The notes: generated by a model not told the origin, from the sequence alone. Numbered from the stretch's first letter, positions 9,865-20,076 are shown. The stretch: 64,000 bases of DNA from Planctomycetota bacterium (GCA_030635145.1 DAOVZK010000004.1:34497-98496), one strand, 5' to 3'. Translations and numbers: made by a program.

Positions 9865-10083
9865 CTGAGCATTAAGTGAAGGTCGCTGAGTACTGAGTGA
9901 AGGTCGCTGAGCACTGAGTGAAGGTCGCTGAGTACTGAGTGAAGGTCTCTGAGCACTAAGTGAAGCTCGCTGAGCACTAAGTGAAGGTCGCTGAGCACTA
10001 AGTGAAGGTCGCTGAGCACTAAGTGAAGGTCGCTGAGCACTAAGTGAAGGTCGCTGAGCACTGAGTGAAGGTCTCTGAGCACT
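9865..10083. repeat. 21-bp tandem repeat, 10 full units plus a partial one (CTGAGCACTAAGTGAAGGTCG)
   Basis: Units counted directly; no spacers. Confidence 0.95.
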
Positions 10084-10240
10084 CAAACAAAGCCAAAATC
10101 TTCTGATAAAAGAGCCCTAATGCCCCTAAAAAGCTGTATTTACGGCATTTTCTCCCGAAAATAGCCCGCGAGCCGCGGTGGGTCGTCGCACGGCGGTGCG
10201 ACCGCAGCGATTATTGCCTCCGCGGTGGCATTATTAAAGA

Positions 10241-10450
10241 ACCCCGAAGGGGTGCTCAGAGTTTAGCCGGGGTGCGTAAGCCCCCGGTAAAAAAGCCTCC
10301 CAAAATAAACCAGCCCCGAAGGGGCGGCAGGTCGTAGCACGACAGGCAAATAATTCTGTCGCCCCTTCGGGGCTTATTTTCTAACAACATCGATCCGGGG
10401 GTTCCGCTTCGCTTCACCCCCGGCTAAATCCTTAACGCCCTTCCAGGGCT
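10241..10450. repeat. REP-like composite palindrome (AGCCCCGAAGGGGCG / CGCCCCTTCGGGGCT)
   Basis: Nested inverted repeats TTTAGCCGGGGTG...CACCCCCGGCTAAA and CCCCGAAGGGG. Confidence 0.7.
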
Positions 10451-10534
10451 TGCGGTCATCCTTGCGTTTTTTACTAACACCGCCTTAAGGCGGTGTCATT
10501 CCCTGCTGACTTGCTGCAATCATATTATCAGGCC

Positions 10535-10563
10535 TTGACAAAATATCAGTAAAACCATAGATT
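10535..10563 (+). promoter_or_regulatory. Sigma70-type promoter of the 10616-12496 gene pair
   Basis: TTGACA-17 bp-TAGATT. Confidence 0.6.
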
Positions 10564-10615
10564 CACCGTTGTATCGGGTGATTATGTCAATGCCAAATAG
10601 CGGGAAGGTCGGGAA

Positions 10616-11290
10616 ATGAAAAAAGCTGACATGGAGGCGCATCAATCGCTATATGAGAACTTGATAAAAAAAGCAATAGTGGCTGAATGCGAGGGTCTCT
10701 ATACTCAAACAGTTGAGTTGGCACTTGCTTCCTGGGATTATGTTGACGGAATGATCCAGTATGAGCGTAAGTATAAAAACAATGATTTCAGTAGCATTCG
10801 GGGCATAGATTTGATTCTCAAGTATGCGCCCTTGCTTCTGGATTTCCCAAACCTAGATAAGTTGGAAGGCCTCCTCAAGGCTTGCCGTCGAATTGAGAAA
10901 AATACCTCCGAGTGTCTTGCTGATAAACTTTCTGAGGCCAGATCACTTCTGCGTACTTCTCACCGTTTGTGGAATCACATCGAAAAGAATCCCGACACAA
11001 GACAGGACCAAATTAGAAAAAAACTGGGGGGACAACAAAAGCAATGGGATTCGATAGTGCAGAAATGGGAGCAAATGGGGTTGCTCCAACGTATACCAAA
11101 AAATGGCTCTTACCTATTATCTCTTTCCACAAGGCTTGGCCAATTGATTGTTGGCAAATGTTCGTCCTGTGGCGAAATTACAGAGGCTCCAAAAGCTATG
11201 TTGTTGGAAAAAATTACTTGCCCCCAATGCAATAACACCGCTTGGTTTGTTATCACTTCTACAAAAATTGATGCTAATACAAAGGGATAA
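10616..11290 (+). CDS. Hypothetical protein with possible winged-helix region and C-terminal Zn ribbon
   Basis: CSSC...CPQC pair at the C-terminus; AT-richer codon usage than flanking genes. Confidence 0.7.
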   Translation: MKKADMEAHQSLYENLIKKAIVAECEGLYTQTVELALASWDYVDGMIQYERKYKNNDFSSIRGIDLILKYAPLLLDFPNLDKLEGLLKACRRIEKNTSECLADKLSEARSLLRTSHRLWNHIEKNPDTRQDQIRKKLGGQQKQWDSIVQKWEQMGLLQRIPKNGSYLLSLSTRLGQLIVGKCSSCGEITEAPKAMLLEKITCPQCNNTAWFVITSTKIDANTKG

Positions 11291-11293
11291 TTT

Positions 11294-12496
11294 ATGACTT
11301 ATATATTAATGTTATTTATAGGATTGGTGGGGGGGGGACTCTGTGTATGGTTGTACATACAGGGAATACGTTTAAAGCTCAAAGAACAGAAACGGCAACA
11401 GGACAAACAAGTACAAAGAATTCAGGCTACCCTTCAAGGAATAAAAGCCAAGCAGCTGGAATTTGACCAGTTTGCAGCAAAAGTTGTCTCATACAATGAA
11501 TTGGCAAGTGAGAACAAAATCCTTAAACGTGATTTGCAAAATGTTGATGTGAACCTGCGGAAACTTCAACTCGATACTGAGTTGCAACGACAAACACAAG
11601 GGACACTAGATCAGCGGATCAAAGACTTGGGAAGTAGATATCTGAAGGAAAATGTCAAGTGGGTTGGCACCTCATTGACGCCAAATAATTTCGTCGCCTG
11701 CAAGCAACGTCTGCAGAAAGTCATCGAGCGGTGTCGTGCAATAGATTTTAGCGTTCCCACAGATGATGAGAGTGATTTGTTGGCAAGCCTGAAAGAGGAT
11801 TACGAAAAGATCGTTCGCGCTGCTTTTGAACGTGAAGAACAGATTCGCATAAAAGCTCAAATTCGTGAGGAGCGACGACTCCAGACCGCCATTAAAAGCG
11901 AGCTTGAACAATTGGATCGTGAGCGTGAGGCGATTAAAGTGGCACTGGAAAAAGCTCTTGCTGAAGCCAAGGATCAGCACAGTGAAGAAGTTGAGCGATT
12001 GAGGGCCAGATTAGCAGAGGCAGAAGCAAAATCACAGCGGGCAATCTCTCGTGCCCAGATCACCAAGGCTGGTTATGTGTATGTTATTACCAACATAGGG
12101 TCGTTTGGAGAAGATATATTCAAGGTAGGAATGACACGGAGGGATGATCCAACGATTCGAGTCAGAGAACTGGGTAGCGCATCTGTCCCGTTCCCGTTTG
12201 ACGTGCATATGATGATTTCCTGTGATGATGCCCCTAAGCTTGAGAACATCATACATCGGGAACTGCATAGGCTGCGAATTAATAAAGCTAACCCTCGCAA
12301 AGAGTTCTTCAAGACTGATATTGAAACGATCCGTCAGATTGTGGAAAAAAACCACGGTGAAGTGGAGTACGTTGCGGATCCAGAGGCCCTTGAGTATCGC
12401 CAAAGCCTCGAAATGTCAGCCGAAGATCAAGAGTTTATCGAAAGCGTATATGATGCGATAGAAGACGAAAGCGAAACCATAGTTGATGAGGGCTAA
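11294..12496 (+). CDS. DUF4041 / T5orf172 (GIY-YIG-like) domain protein with N-terminal TM helix and coiled coil
   Basis: AGYVYVITNIGSFGEDIFKVGMTRR, ELGSASVPFPFDVH and NPRKEFF motifs. Confidence 0.85.
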   Translation: MTYILMLFIGLVGGGLCVWLYIQGIRLKLKEQKRQQDKQVQRIQATLQGIKAKQLEFDQFAAKVVSYNELASENKILKRDLQNVDVNLRKLQLDTELQRQTQGTLDQRIKDLGSRYLKENVKWVGTSLTPNNFVACKQRLQKVIERCRAIDFSVPTDDESDLLASLKEDYEKIVRAAFEREEQIRIKAQIREERRLQTAIKSELEQLDREREAIKVALEKALAEAKDQHSEEVERLRARLAEAEAKSQRAISRAQITKAGYVYVITNIGSFGEDIFKVGMTRRDDPTIRVRELGSASVPFPFDVHMMISCDDAPKLENIIHRELHRLRINKANPRKEFFKTDIETIRQIVEKNHGEVEYVADPEALEYRQSLEMSAEDQEFIESVYDAIEDESETIVDEG

Positions 12497-12712
12497 GTAT
12501 CTAAACCGCAAGGCGGGTAGCGAGGATAAACCGTGGAACTTCTTTTCGCTTCGATAGATGGTGAGGAATGAGATTGCTCCTTGCGATCACACCCAGTATA
12601 ATGGCAGAACCGTGGCCATCCCTACGGGCTGACCATGCCACCCAGAAAAAGGTTATGCCACCCGAACAATTGAAAATCGTAAATTGAAAATAGGAAATAG
12701 GAAATTGAAAAT

Positions 12713-13021
12713 ATGTGCCTCGCTGTACCCGGAAAAATAATCGAAATTATTCACGCAAGTGACGCTAAGGAACCCACAGACTCGGCTACCGGTGCTACTG
12801 GTGCCTCCGGTGCCACCGGCGGCGTCGGGCCGTTGGGGGTGGTGGATTTTCAGGGCAGCAGGGTAGAGGCATCGCTGGCGATGACCCCAGGTGTCGGCGT
12901 TGGAGACTGGGTGCTCGTCCACGCCGGGTTTGCCATCGCGCAGCTGGACGACGAAGAAGCACAAGCAACATTTGAATCCATCGCAGAGGCGATGATTGAA
13001 CCGGAAAATCCTAAAAGCTAA
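12713..13021 (+). CDS. hypC: Hydrogenase maturation chaperone HypC
   Basis: MCLAVPGKI N-terminus and VGDWVLVHAGFAI. Confidence 0.95.
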   Translation: MCLAVPGKIIEIIHASDAKEPTDSATGATGASGATGGVGPLGVVDFQGSRVEASLAMTPGVGVGDWVLVHAGFAIAQLDDEEAQATFESIAEAMIEPENPKS

Positions 13022-13200
13022 TCTCTAAATACTAAACAAACACGAAATCCAAATGTTGAAATACGAAAAAAGAAAAACACACCTACGGCTGCAAAAAATT
13101 CCTGAAACCAAAAAATCTTGCATACTCTACTTGTAGTTTTGGATTTTGATTTTCCTATTTTGAATTTGTTTAGGGTTTAGAGGTTAGGATTTCGTATTTT
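13018..13200. repeat. AT-rich inverted-repeat element (AAATCC family), copy 2
   Basis: CTAAATACTAAACAAA ... TTTGTTTAGGGTTTAG arms. Confidence 0.55.
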
Positions 13201-13256
13201 AGAACTTGTGATCCTGTCAAAAAAAATTAGAAAAAGAGTGTTAATACTTATAAAAG

Positions 13257-15527
13257 ATGCAGAGTGATCTTCTTACCAATCTAAACGAATCGCAGCGTGA
13301 CGCGGTGCAGCATGTCGACGGGCCGCTGTTGGTGCTAGCCGGGGCGGGGTCGGGCAAAACGCGCGTAATTACGCGGCGGGTTGCGTATCTTGTGCAGCAG
13401 GGCATCCCCGCCCGCAACGTGCTTGCGATTACCTTCACCAACAAAGCTGCCGAGGAGATGCGCCAACGCGTCGCCGAGCTGAACACCCCTTACGGATCGA
13501 CGGTCTGCACTTTTCACGCGTTGTGTGCACGGTTGTTGCGGGAGTTTTCGCAGGAGGCGGGGTTGGCACAGAACTATTCGATTTACGACCGCAGCGATCA
13601 GCTGAAAGTCGCGAAAAAGGCGTTGGCGGAGCTGAATCTTCCCGGTGCGTATCTGACTCCCGGTAAGGCGCACGCGGCGATTTCCAACGCGAAGAATCAG
13701 CTGCAGACGGCGGGGCGATATGCCGAAGTTTCTGGCGATTTTTTCACGCGAAACATCGCCGAAGTCTACCGCCGCTACGAACAGATCCTCGCCGCCAGCA
13801 ACGCCGTCGATTTCGACGATCTGCTGATGCGGGTTGCGTTTTTGATTCGCGACTATCCCGACATCCGCAAATATCTCGCCGACCGCTATCGCTACGTGCT
13901 GATCGACGAGTATCAGGACACCAACCACGCGCAGTACATAATCGCCCACGCCATCGCGATGGATCACAAAAACATTTGTGCCACCGGCGACCCCGACCAG
14001 AGCATTTACGCGTGGCGTGGCGCGGACATCAACAACATCCTCGACTTCGAGAAGGACTATCCCAACGCGAAAGTCGTGCGGCTGGAAGAAAACTACCGCT
14101 CGGTTCAGCCGATATTAACGGCAGCCTCGAATCTCATATCCAACAACATTAACCGCAAAGATAAAAAGCTCATCGCCGTCCGCGAAGGCGGGTGCGACGT
14201 TAACGTAGTTACCGTTGACGACGAGCACGCCGAAGCCCGCGAGGTGGCACTGCGGATCGATAAGCATCGCCTTGACGGCGGAAGCTACGGGGACGTGGCC
14301 GTGTTTTATCGCGTCAACGGGATGTCGCGATTGCTGGAAGAAGCGTTCATCCGCGTGGGAATTCCGTATCGCATTGCTCGCGGTGTGGAGTTTTACAACC
14401 GCAAGGAAATCAAGGATATGCTCGCGTATCTCAAGCTGCTGGTCAACCCCACCGACGACCTGAGCTGCCTGCGCGTTATCAATACTCCCACTCGCGGGAT
14501 CGGGGCAACGACGGTCAAAAAACTGCTGGCCTACGGGGTTATGAACGGAATGAACTTGCTGGAAGCTGCGCGGAATGTCGAGAGCGTTGGGCTGTCGGCG
14601 GGGCCTGTGAAAAAGGTGCGAGCTTTTGGCGAGATGATAACCGAGCTTGCGGGAAATCTCGAACGCGACGTGCGATTTATTATGGAAGACGTTTTTCATC
14701 GCAGCGGGCTGGAAGAGTCGCTGTCGAAGTCGGACGAAGAGTCGCAGCAGGCGCGGTCGAACATTGAGGAGCTTATTTCGACGGCGGCGGAGTTTGACGA
14801 AAAAACCAACGACACCGACGACGGGATAAACGAATATCTGCACGGAATTTCGCTGGTGAGCGACGTCGACCACATGGCCGACAACACCGGGGCGGTGACT
14901 ATGATGACACTGCACGCCGCCAAGGGCCTCGAGTTTCCCGTGGTGTTTATCGTCGGGTGCGAACACGGAATGTTGCCGTTTTCGCGCGAGCCTGGCATGG
15001 GCGATTTGGACGAAGGCTGCGACAAACTCGAGGAAGAACGCCGCTTGATGTTTGTCGGCATGACGCGTACGGAGGATCAGTTGACGTTGAGTAACGTGCG
15101 TGTGCGAATGGTTCGCGGGCAGCGGTTACCGCAGAGCAGTTCGGCGTTTTTGCACGAAATCGGCGAGGACAATATCCAGCGTGACGACCGCACGACACGA
15201 CAAGTTCCGGAAAGGCGTAAGCGGCGTGGCGGATTTTTCAGCGATACCGTCGACCGTGACGAAATCGAAGACCGCAGCGACGAATTTTTCGAAGCCGCCG
15301 GTGGGCTATCACCAAGCGACGATCACGAAGACGCACCACCGCCCTCCGAGTATGAGCATCTTAAGGTCGGGTGCATGATTTCGCACGGGAAATACGGTGT
15401 CGGGAAGGTAGTGAAACTTTCGCGCGCCTGGCCCGACACGCGGGCGACGATTCTGTTTCACAGCTGCGGGCAAAAAACGATTGTGCTGGCGTATACGAAT
15501 GTTGAAATCGTCGATCCGCCGTTCTAG
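13257..15527 (+). CDS. pcrA: ATP-dependent DNA helicase PcrA/UvrD
   Basis: AGAGSGKT, DEYQD, GDPDQSIYAWRGA, TLHAAKGLEF and EERRL motifs. Confidence 0.95.
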   Translation: MQSDLLTNLNESQRDAVQHVDGPLLVLAGAGSGKTRVITRRVAYLVQQGIPARNVLAITFTNKAAEEMRQRVAELNTPYGSTVCTFHALCARLLREFSQEAGLAQNYSIYDRSDQLKVAKKALAELNLPGAYLTPGKAHAAISNAKNQLQTAGRYAEVSGDFFTRNIAEVYRRYEQILAASNAVDFDDLLMRVAFLIRDYPDIRKYLADRYRYVLIDEYQDTNHAQYIIAHAIAMDHKNICATGDPDQSIYAWRGADINNILDFEKDYPNAKVVRLEENYRSVQPILTAASNLISNNINRKDKKLIAVREGGCDVNVVTVDDEHAEAREVALRIDKHRLDGGSYGDVAVFYRVNGMSRLLEEAFIRVGIPYRIARGVEFYNRKEIKDMLAYLKLLVNPTDDLSCLRVINTPTRGIGATTVKKLLAYGVMNGMNLLEAARNVESVGLSAGPVKKVRAFGEMITELAGNLERDVRFIMEDVFHRSGLEESLSKSDEESQQARSNIEELISTAAEFDEKTNDTDDGINEYLHGISLVSDVDHMADNTGAVTMMTLHAAKGLEFPVVFIVGCEHGMLPFSREPGMGDLDEGCDKLEEERRLMFVGMTRTEDQLTLSNVRVRMVRGQRLPQSSSAFLHEIGEDNIQRDDRTTRQVPERRKRRGGFFSDTVDRDEIEDRSDEFFEAAGGLSPSDDHEDAPPPSEYEHLKVGCMISHGKYGVGKVVKLSRAWPDTRATILFHSCGQKTIVLAYTNVEIVDPPF

Positions 15528-15544
15528 GCGTCGTGTTTACGCGA

Positions 15545-16297
15545 TTACCCTTCGCCGCCGATTTTCCAATTTCCTTCGTTGTAGACGTTCATACGATTTC
15601 CACGTAGGAATCCGACGATGGTGATGTTGTGCTGTTTGCCCAGGTCGATCGCCAGTGACGTGACAGCCGACCGCGAAACCAACATCCCCAATCCCACCGC
15701 CGCCGCACGTTTTACGATTCCGCCCGTTAAGCGTCCCATCATGATCAGAAATTTGTCGCTAAGGGTTACGCCTTCGAGAAACGCCTTGCCGATGAGTTTG
15801 TCGAACGCGTTGTAGCGGGCGACGTCCTCGATAAACAGCATGGATTTTTGCCCGTCGGAAAGGGCGGTGGCGTGGACGCAGCCGGTTTGTCCCCAGAGGT
15901 GGCAGCTGTTTTGCAAATCGTCGGCCAACTGAAAAAGATAGCTCGCCGGTACCGCGCCGCTAGAAAGTTTGGCCGGTTGCTTACGGTTACCCGAGCTGAA
16001 ATTCCCACGGATCAGAATTTTTTCCGCCGCCGGTGGTGTTTGAATCGAAATGATATCCTGCGGGCTTTGCAGTTGCAGATTGCTGTCGGTCAGCAGCGTA
16101 CCGATTCCCAGTGCGTCGAGATTTTGCGGCAGGGCACAGACCGTTCGGGTAAAGGCACCATCGTTGACATTCAGTTCTAGCGAAACTTCGGTGACAATGG
16201 TGTCGTTTAGTTTCGCGGGTTCGGCGGGGCCGGTGGATTGAAACTGCTGCATCGGATACTGCGACGTGGTGTTGTTTTTTTGATTGTTTGGGTTCAT
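15545..16297 (-). CDS. fdhD: FdhD/NarQ-family formate dehydrogenase accessory sulfurtransferase (divergent)
   Basis: TGCVHA, EDVARYNAFDKLIG and SRSAVTSLAI motifs; GGAG RBS before ATG 16297. Confidence 0.8.
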   Translation of the reverse strand: MNPNNQKNNTTSQYPMQQFQSTGPAEPAKLNDTIVTEVSLELNVNDGAFTRTVCALPQNLDALGIGTLLTDSNLQLQSPQDIISIQTPPAAEKILIRGNFSSGNRKQPAKLSSGAVPASYLFQLADDLQNSCHLWGQTGCVHATALSDGQKSMLFIEDVARYNAFDKLIGKAFLEGVTLSDKFLIMMGRLTGGIVKRAAAVGLGMLVSRSAVTSLAIDLGKQHNITIVGFLRGNRMNVYNEGNWKIGGEG

Positions 16298-17012
16298 ATT
16301 TTTCTCCGGTGGAATGTTCTCATCTTTCGGCCGATTATTCAACTGTTTTGGTGCAACGATTGCTTGATTATGCGTGGGAGGTTGGTAGGATTGCGGAGTA
16401 TCTCTCGCGGACGCTTGGGAAATGGCGTCGGCGCGGCCGGCGGGGCTTGTGGATTTGCCGACGCCTGCGACCATAACCGTCAAAATCTCCGAAAAAGGTT
16501 TTGCGAAGATTTAACGTGATATAGCCCCCGTGATTTGAGCTTTTTTGGGTATTTTGAGTAATATTCCCGCAATATTCGAGCAATAATGGGGCATTTTTGC
16601 GTGCAGCGTCGGCTGGTTGCCCCCGGAATCGTTTTGGGATTGACCATTAGGGGAGTTTATGGTAACATTGCTCCCGCAAAGGATGGGTATGGTACGCCGG
16701 AGGGTGTGCTTGCTTGTCTGGAGAGGATTTCGCCCTTTGCCCTCGAAAAGAATCGCTTGCGATTCTGCTGTTTCGTGGAGGAATTTTGGAGGCGAATGAA
16801 AAACCGACCAGCCTCAGGGAGTATAGACTCGCGAGAGTTTGTATTGGCTGGTCTTTTTTTATGGGGAAGTTTTCGGGCGGTCACCAGTTACCAGTTTCCA
16901 GCGATAAAAAAACACCACAAAAGATCGCATAGATCGCAAAGGATGTCTTCCTTCGTATTCTCTGCGCTGCTTCGCGGTGTTTTTTATTTCTTACTGATAG
17001 CTTCTTGAAAAC

Positions 17013-18092
17013 CTATCGCTTTACGCGGGCGTTGCCGGCCCAGATGCTCCAGACCTGATCTTCGTCGGCGGGTTGGCCGTAATCGGTCAGCATCGTCGTG
17101 GCAAGTGCGCCGGTGGCCCAGCCGAACTGAGCCCACTTTTCCGAATCCCAGCCTTTGAGAATCGCGTACAGCATTCCGCCGACAAATCCGTCACCCCCAC
17201 CAATGCGGTCGAGCACGGTAATTTGGCGCGGTTCGACGACCTGCCATTCGTCACCGACAGCCATGATCGCGCCCCACATGTGCGAGTTTGCACTTTGGAC
17301 TTCTCGCAGGGTGGTGGCGAAGACGTCGGCGTTGGGGAACTTCTGCTTGGCGCGGTTGATCATTTCTTTGAACCCGTCGATTTTCGCGGCGAGTCCTTCA
17401 CCACCGGCCTCTGGGCCTTGCAGCCCAAGACACAGCTGAAAGTCTTCTTCGTTTCCGATGAGAATGTCGCTTGCGTTTGCGATTTCGAGGAAGATGTCGC
17501 TGAGTTCCTTCTCGCGATTGATCCAGAACGATGCGCGGTGATTCAGGTCGAACGAAATTCGCGTGCCGTGTTTTTTCGCGGCGCGGGCGATTTCGAGACA
17601 GAACTGTCCGGTTTCCGGCGACAAAGCAGCGATCAGCCCTGAAAGGTGCACGACCTGCACGCCTTCGGTATCGAAAATGCGTTCGAGGTCGAAGTCTTTT
17701 GCGTTGAGGGTTCGCCCGACTTCACCGGCGCGGTCGTTGCAAACCCGTGGGCCGCGAGAACCGTATCCGCTGTCGGCGAGGTTGAATTGGTGGCGATAAC
17801 CCCAGGGGTTTCCCTGCTGCACTTCGGGGCCTTCGTAGTCCATACCGCGCGAGTTGAGATCGTTTTTGATGAACCTGGCGATGGGGGAGTCTTTGACGAA
17901 AGTCGTCAGTACCTTTACCGGTAGCCCAAGATAGCTCGAGACGCTGGCGACGTTAGACTCGGCACTGGTGGCCTGGAGCTTAAACATGTCGCCGCAATGC
18001 ATCGGCTGACCGTTGGCGGGGGTAAGGCGAACGCCCATACTGGTGGGGATCAATAGCGAGTATTTATAATCTTTCTTAAGTTCAATGTTCAT
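17013..18092 (-). CDS. PfkB-family sugar kinase (2-keto-3-deoxygluconate kinase-like)
   Basis: SFDLNHR, GNEED and DRIGGGDGF motifs. Confidence 0.85.
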   Translation of the reverse strand: MNIELKKDYKYSLLIPTSMGVRLTPANGQPMHCGDMFKLQATSAESNVASVSSYLGLPVKVLTTFVKDSPIARFIKNDLNSRGMDYEGPEVQQGNPWGYRHQFNLADSGYGSRGPRVCNDRAGEVGRTLNAKDFDLERIFDTEGVQVVHLSGLIAALSPETGQFCLEIARAAKKHGTRISFDLNHRASFWINREKELSDIFLEIANASDILIGNEEDFQLCLGLQGPEAGGEGLAAKIDGFKEMINRAKQKFPNADVFATTLREVQSANSHMWGAIMAVGDEWQVVEPRQITVLDRIGGGDGFVGGMLYAILKGWDSEKWAQFGWATGALATTMLTDYGQPADEDQVWSIWAGNARVKR

Positions 18093-18149
18093 AATAAAAC
18101 CTTTTGATTTTCAAATTCCAATTTTCGCAATCCAAAATCCGAAACCGCA

Positions 18150-18971
18150 TCAGACGCCTGAAAAAGCGTTGAATCCACCGTCGACCGGAACCACAACGCC
18201 GGTGACGAATTTTGACGCATCCGAAATCAGCCATACCAGCGTCCCGATGAGTTCGTCGGGTGATCCGTAGCGGCCCATGGGTGTGTTGTCCATAATCTGC
18301 TTGCCGCGCGGGGTGGGGCTGCCGTCTTCGTTGGTCAGCAAAAAGCGGTTTTGCTCTGTGAGGAAGAACCCCGGTGCGATGGCGTTGACGCGGATGTCGG
18401 ATCCGTGGTTCTGGTTCATGTACACGCACAGCCATTCGGTGAAATTGCTGATGGCGGCTTTGGCGGCGCCGTAACCCACGACGCGTGTCAGTGGGCGGAA
18501 CGCAGCCATCGACGAGATGTTGATAATGACACCGTCACCGCGGTCGGCGATGTGTTTGCCGAATATCTGGCAGGGGAGCATGGTTCCGAGGCAGTTTAAG
18601 TCGAAGACCCAGCGGATGGCTTCGGGGTCGAGCTCGAAGAATGTCGATTCCGGGGGCACGCAGGTGGCTTCTTTCTTATTGCCGCCAGCTGCGTTTACCA
18701 GCACGTCGATGCGGCCGAGTTTTTCGATAGTCGCATCGAACGCCGCCTGGATGCTGTCTTTTTCCAGCACGTTTACTTTGACGGGCACGGCTGTGCCACC
18801 GGCGGCGGAGATTTCTTTGCACAGCGATTCGGCGCCTTGGATGTTGAAGTCGAGAACGGCAATTTTAGCACCGCGGGTTGCAAGTGCCTTGCTCATGTCT
18901 CCACCGAGAACACCAGCCCCGCCGGTTATCGCTACACATTTGTCTTTGACATCGAAAAGTACATCAGTCAT
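18150..18971 (-). CDS. SDR oxidoreductase (D-mannonate oxidoreductase-like)
   Basis: TGGAGVLG, NAAGGN, YGAAK and NAIAPGFF motifs. Confidence 0.85.
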   Translation of the reverse strand: MTDVLFDVKDKCVAITGGAGVLGGDMSKALATRGAKIAVLDFNIQGAESLCKEISAAGGTAVPVKVNVLEKDSIQAAFDATIEKLGRIDVLVNAAGGNKKEATCVPPESTFFELDPEAIRWVFDLNCLGTMLPCQIFGKHIADRGDGVIINISSMAAFRPLTRVVGYGAAKAAISNFTEWLCVYMNQNHGSDIRVNAIAPGFFLTEQNRFLLTNEDGSPTPRGKQIMDNTPMGRYGSPDELIGTLVWLISDASKFVTGVVVPVDGGFNAFSGV

Positions 18972-19629
18972 TTTTAATTCCTTCTTTGGGTTTTCTGGGG
19001 TCAAGCGGAACGAGTGGTTCTTCACGCTTGGATTTACGATCTCCACCAGTTAGCTGGAGGATAAACTGCATAAGTTCACGTCGCGTGACGTATTTTGGGA
19101 ACGAAATATTTTGCTGCTTGGCAATCTTGCGATAGGTGTCGGCGGCCCGGTCAAATTCCTGCTCAGGCATGAAATCCCAGATAACCGTCGTCATCCAGTC
19201 CGGGTCGTTGGTGTTGGGGGTATCGACCGGCATTAGGGTGTACCATTGCGGAAGTATCTTTTTCGTGTGGTCGACGAATTCATCCCGCTGGGGTTGTGGT
19301 ATTTCATCGAGATTACGCAGCTGGTGCGCTTCGGGCCAGATGGTTTTGCGGTATTCGGCGAGTTTTCGCGGATCGGTAATCGGCTCGGTCGGTTGTGCCG
19401 GTGCAGAAACTGTGTCTGGCGTCGTCAGGTCGGGACGCTGGCGAGACGGTACGGTTTTATCCGGGACAGCCTCGGCGGTGGGCTGCTCTTTTTCATCCGC
19501 GGGATGATGCCACCAACCCCAGTCAGGATACTCGGGCCATTTTTTCTGGAAGTTTTCGGTTCCGCAGCCGCCCAAAATCATCGTGGCAGCTAAGATCAGC
19601 AGCAGTGTTGTGAATTTTCCAGCTCTCAT
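18964..19629 (-). CDS. Hypothetical lipoprotein
   Basis: Signal peptide with lipobox LGGC. Confidence 0.6.
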   Translation of the reverse strand: MRAGKFTTLLLILAATMILGGCGTENFQKKWPEYPDWGWWHHPADEKEQPTAEAVPDKTVPSRQRPDLTTPDTVSAPAQPTEPITDPRKLAEYRKTIWPEAHQLRNLDEIPQPQRDEFVDHTKKILPQWYTLMPVDTPNTNDPDWMTTVIWDFMPEQEFDRAADTYRKIAKQQNISFPKYVTRRELMQFILQLTGGDRKSKREEPLVPLDPRKPKEGIKND

Positions 19630-19788
19630 CAATATGCTCCTGTTGTTATCGACCATTACTGCTTTTTACCGAGGGATTAACACGTCAAGGATTATAACCG
19701 CGTAGGGGTAGCAATACCACATCTCGCCATTATTAAATCTGATGGTTCGTCACCACAAAAATGATAGAGGAACCTTATCTTGTAATTT

Positions 19789-19979
19789 AATATCCAATAT
19801 CCAACACGGAATGTCCAGTTTTCAAGGACAGAGCATCGTTGCTGCTCTTTTTTTCTTTTTCGCCCTGAGGGCTAAACAATCCTTCGCAGATAAAAGATTA
19901 ATCAACAAATTCAGAGGAGAATATTCTTAATTTCTCTTTCCTTCATCAGTTGGATATTCCGTGTTGGATATTGGATATT
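19789..19979. repeat. Inverted-repeat element (AATATCCAATATCCAACACGGAAT ends), copy 1
   Basis: Right end reads TTCCGTGTTGGATATTGGATATT; second copy at 27442-27638. Confidence 0.8.
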
Positions 19980-20076
19980 CATTTTTACCTACAGATTCCG
20001 GTGAAGAACCTTTTTAATTTGGTTCATTCGGGATTTCCATGGATGAATCTCATAATCCAATATCCAGGGAAATAAT

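Noticed and set aside
9865-10083. CRISPR array
   Set aside because: Units are contiguous 21-mers with no unique spacers, and no cas genes are nearby.
9536-10086. ORFs 9536-9868, 9577-10086 and 9666-10082 as genes
   Set aside because: They are translations of palindromic repeats (VIPAKAGIQ-type) and of the minisatellite.
10616-12560. Integron cassette or prophage origin of the insert
   Set aside because: No clear attC core sites, integrase or phage genes are visible.
16586-17008. 140 aa ORF
   Set aside because: It crosses a terminator hairpin and repeat-like sequence, with no protein-like features.
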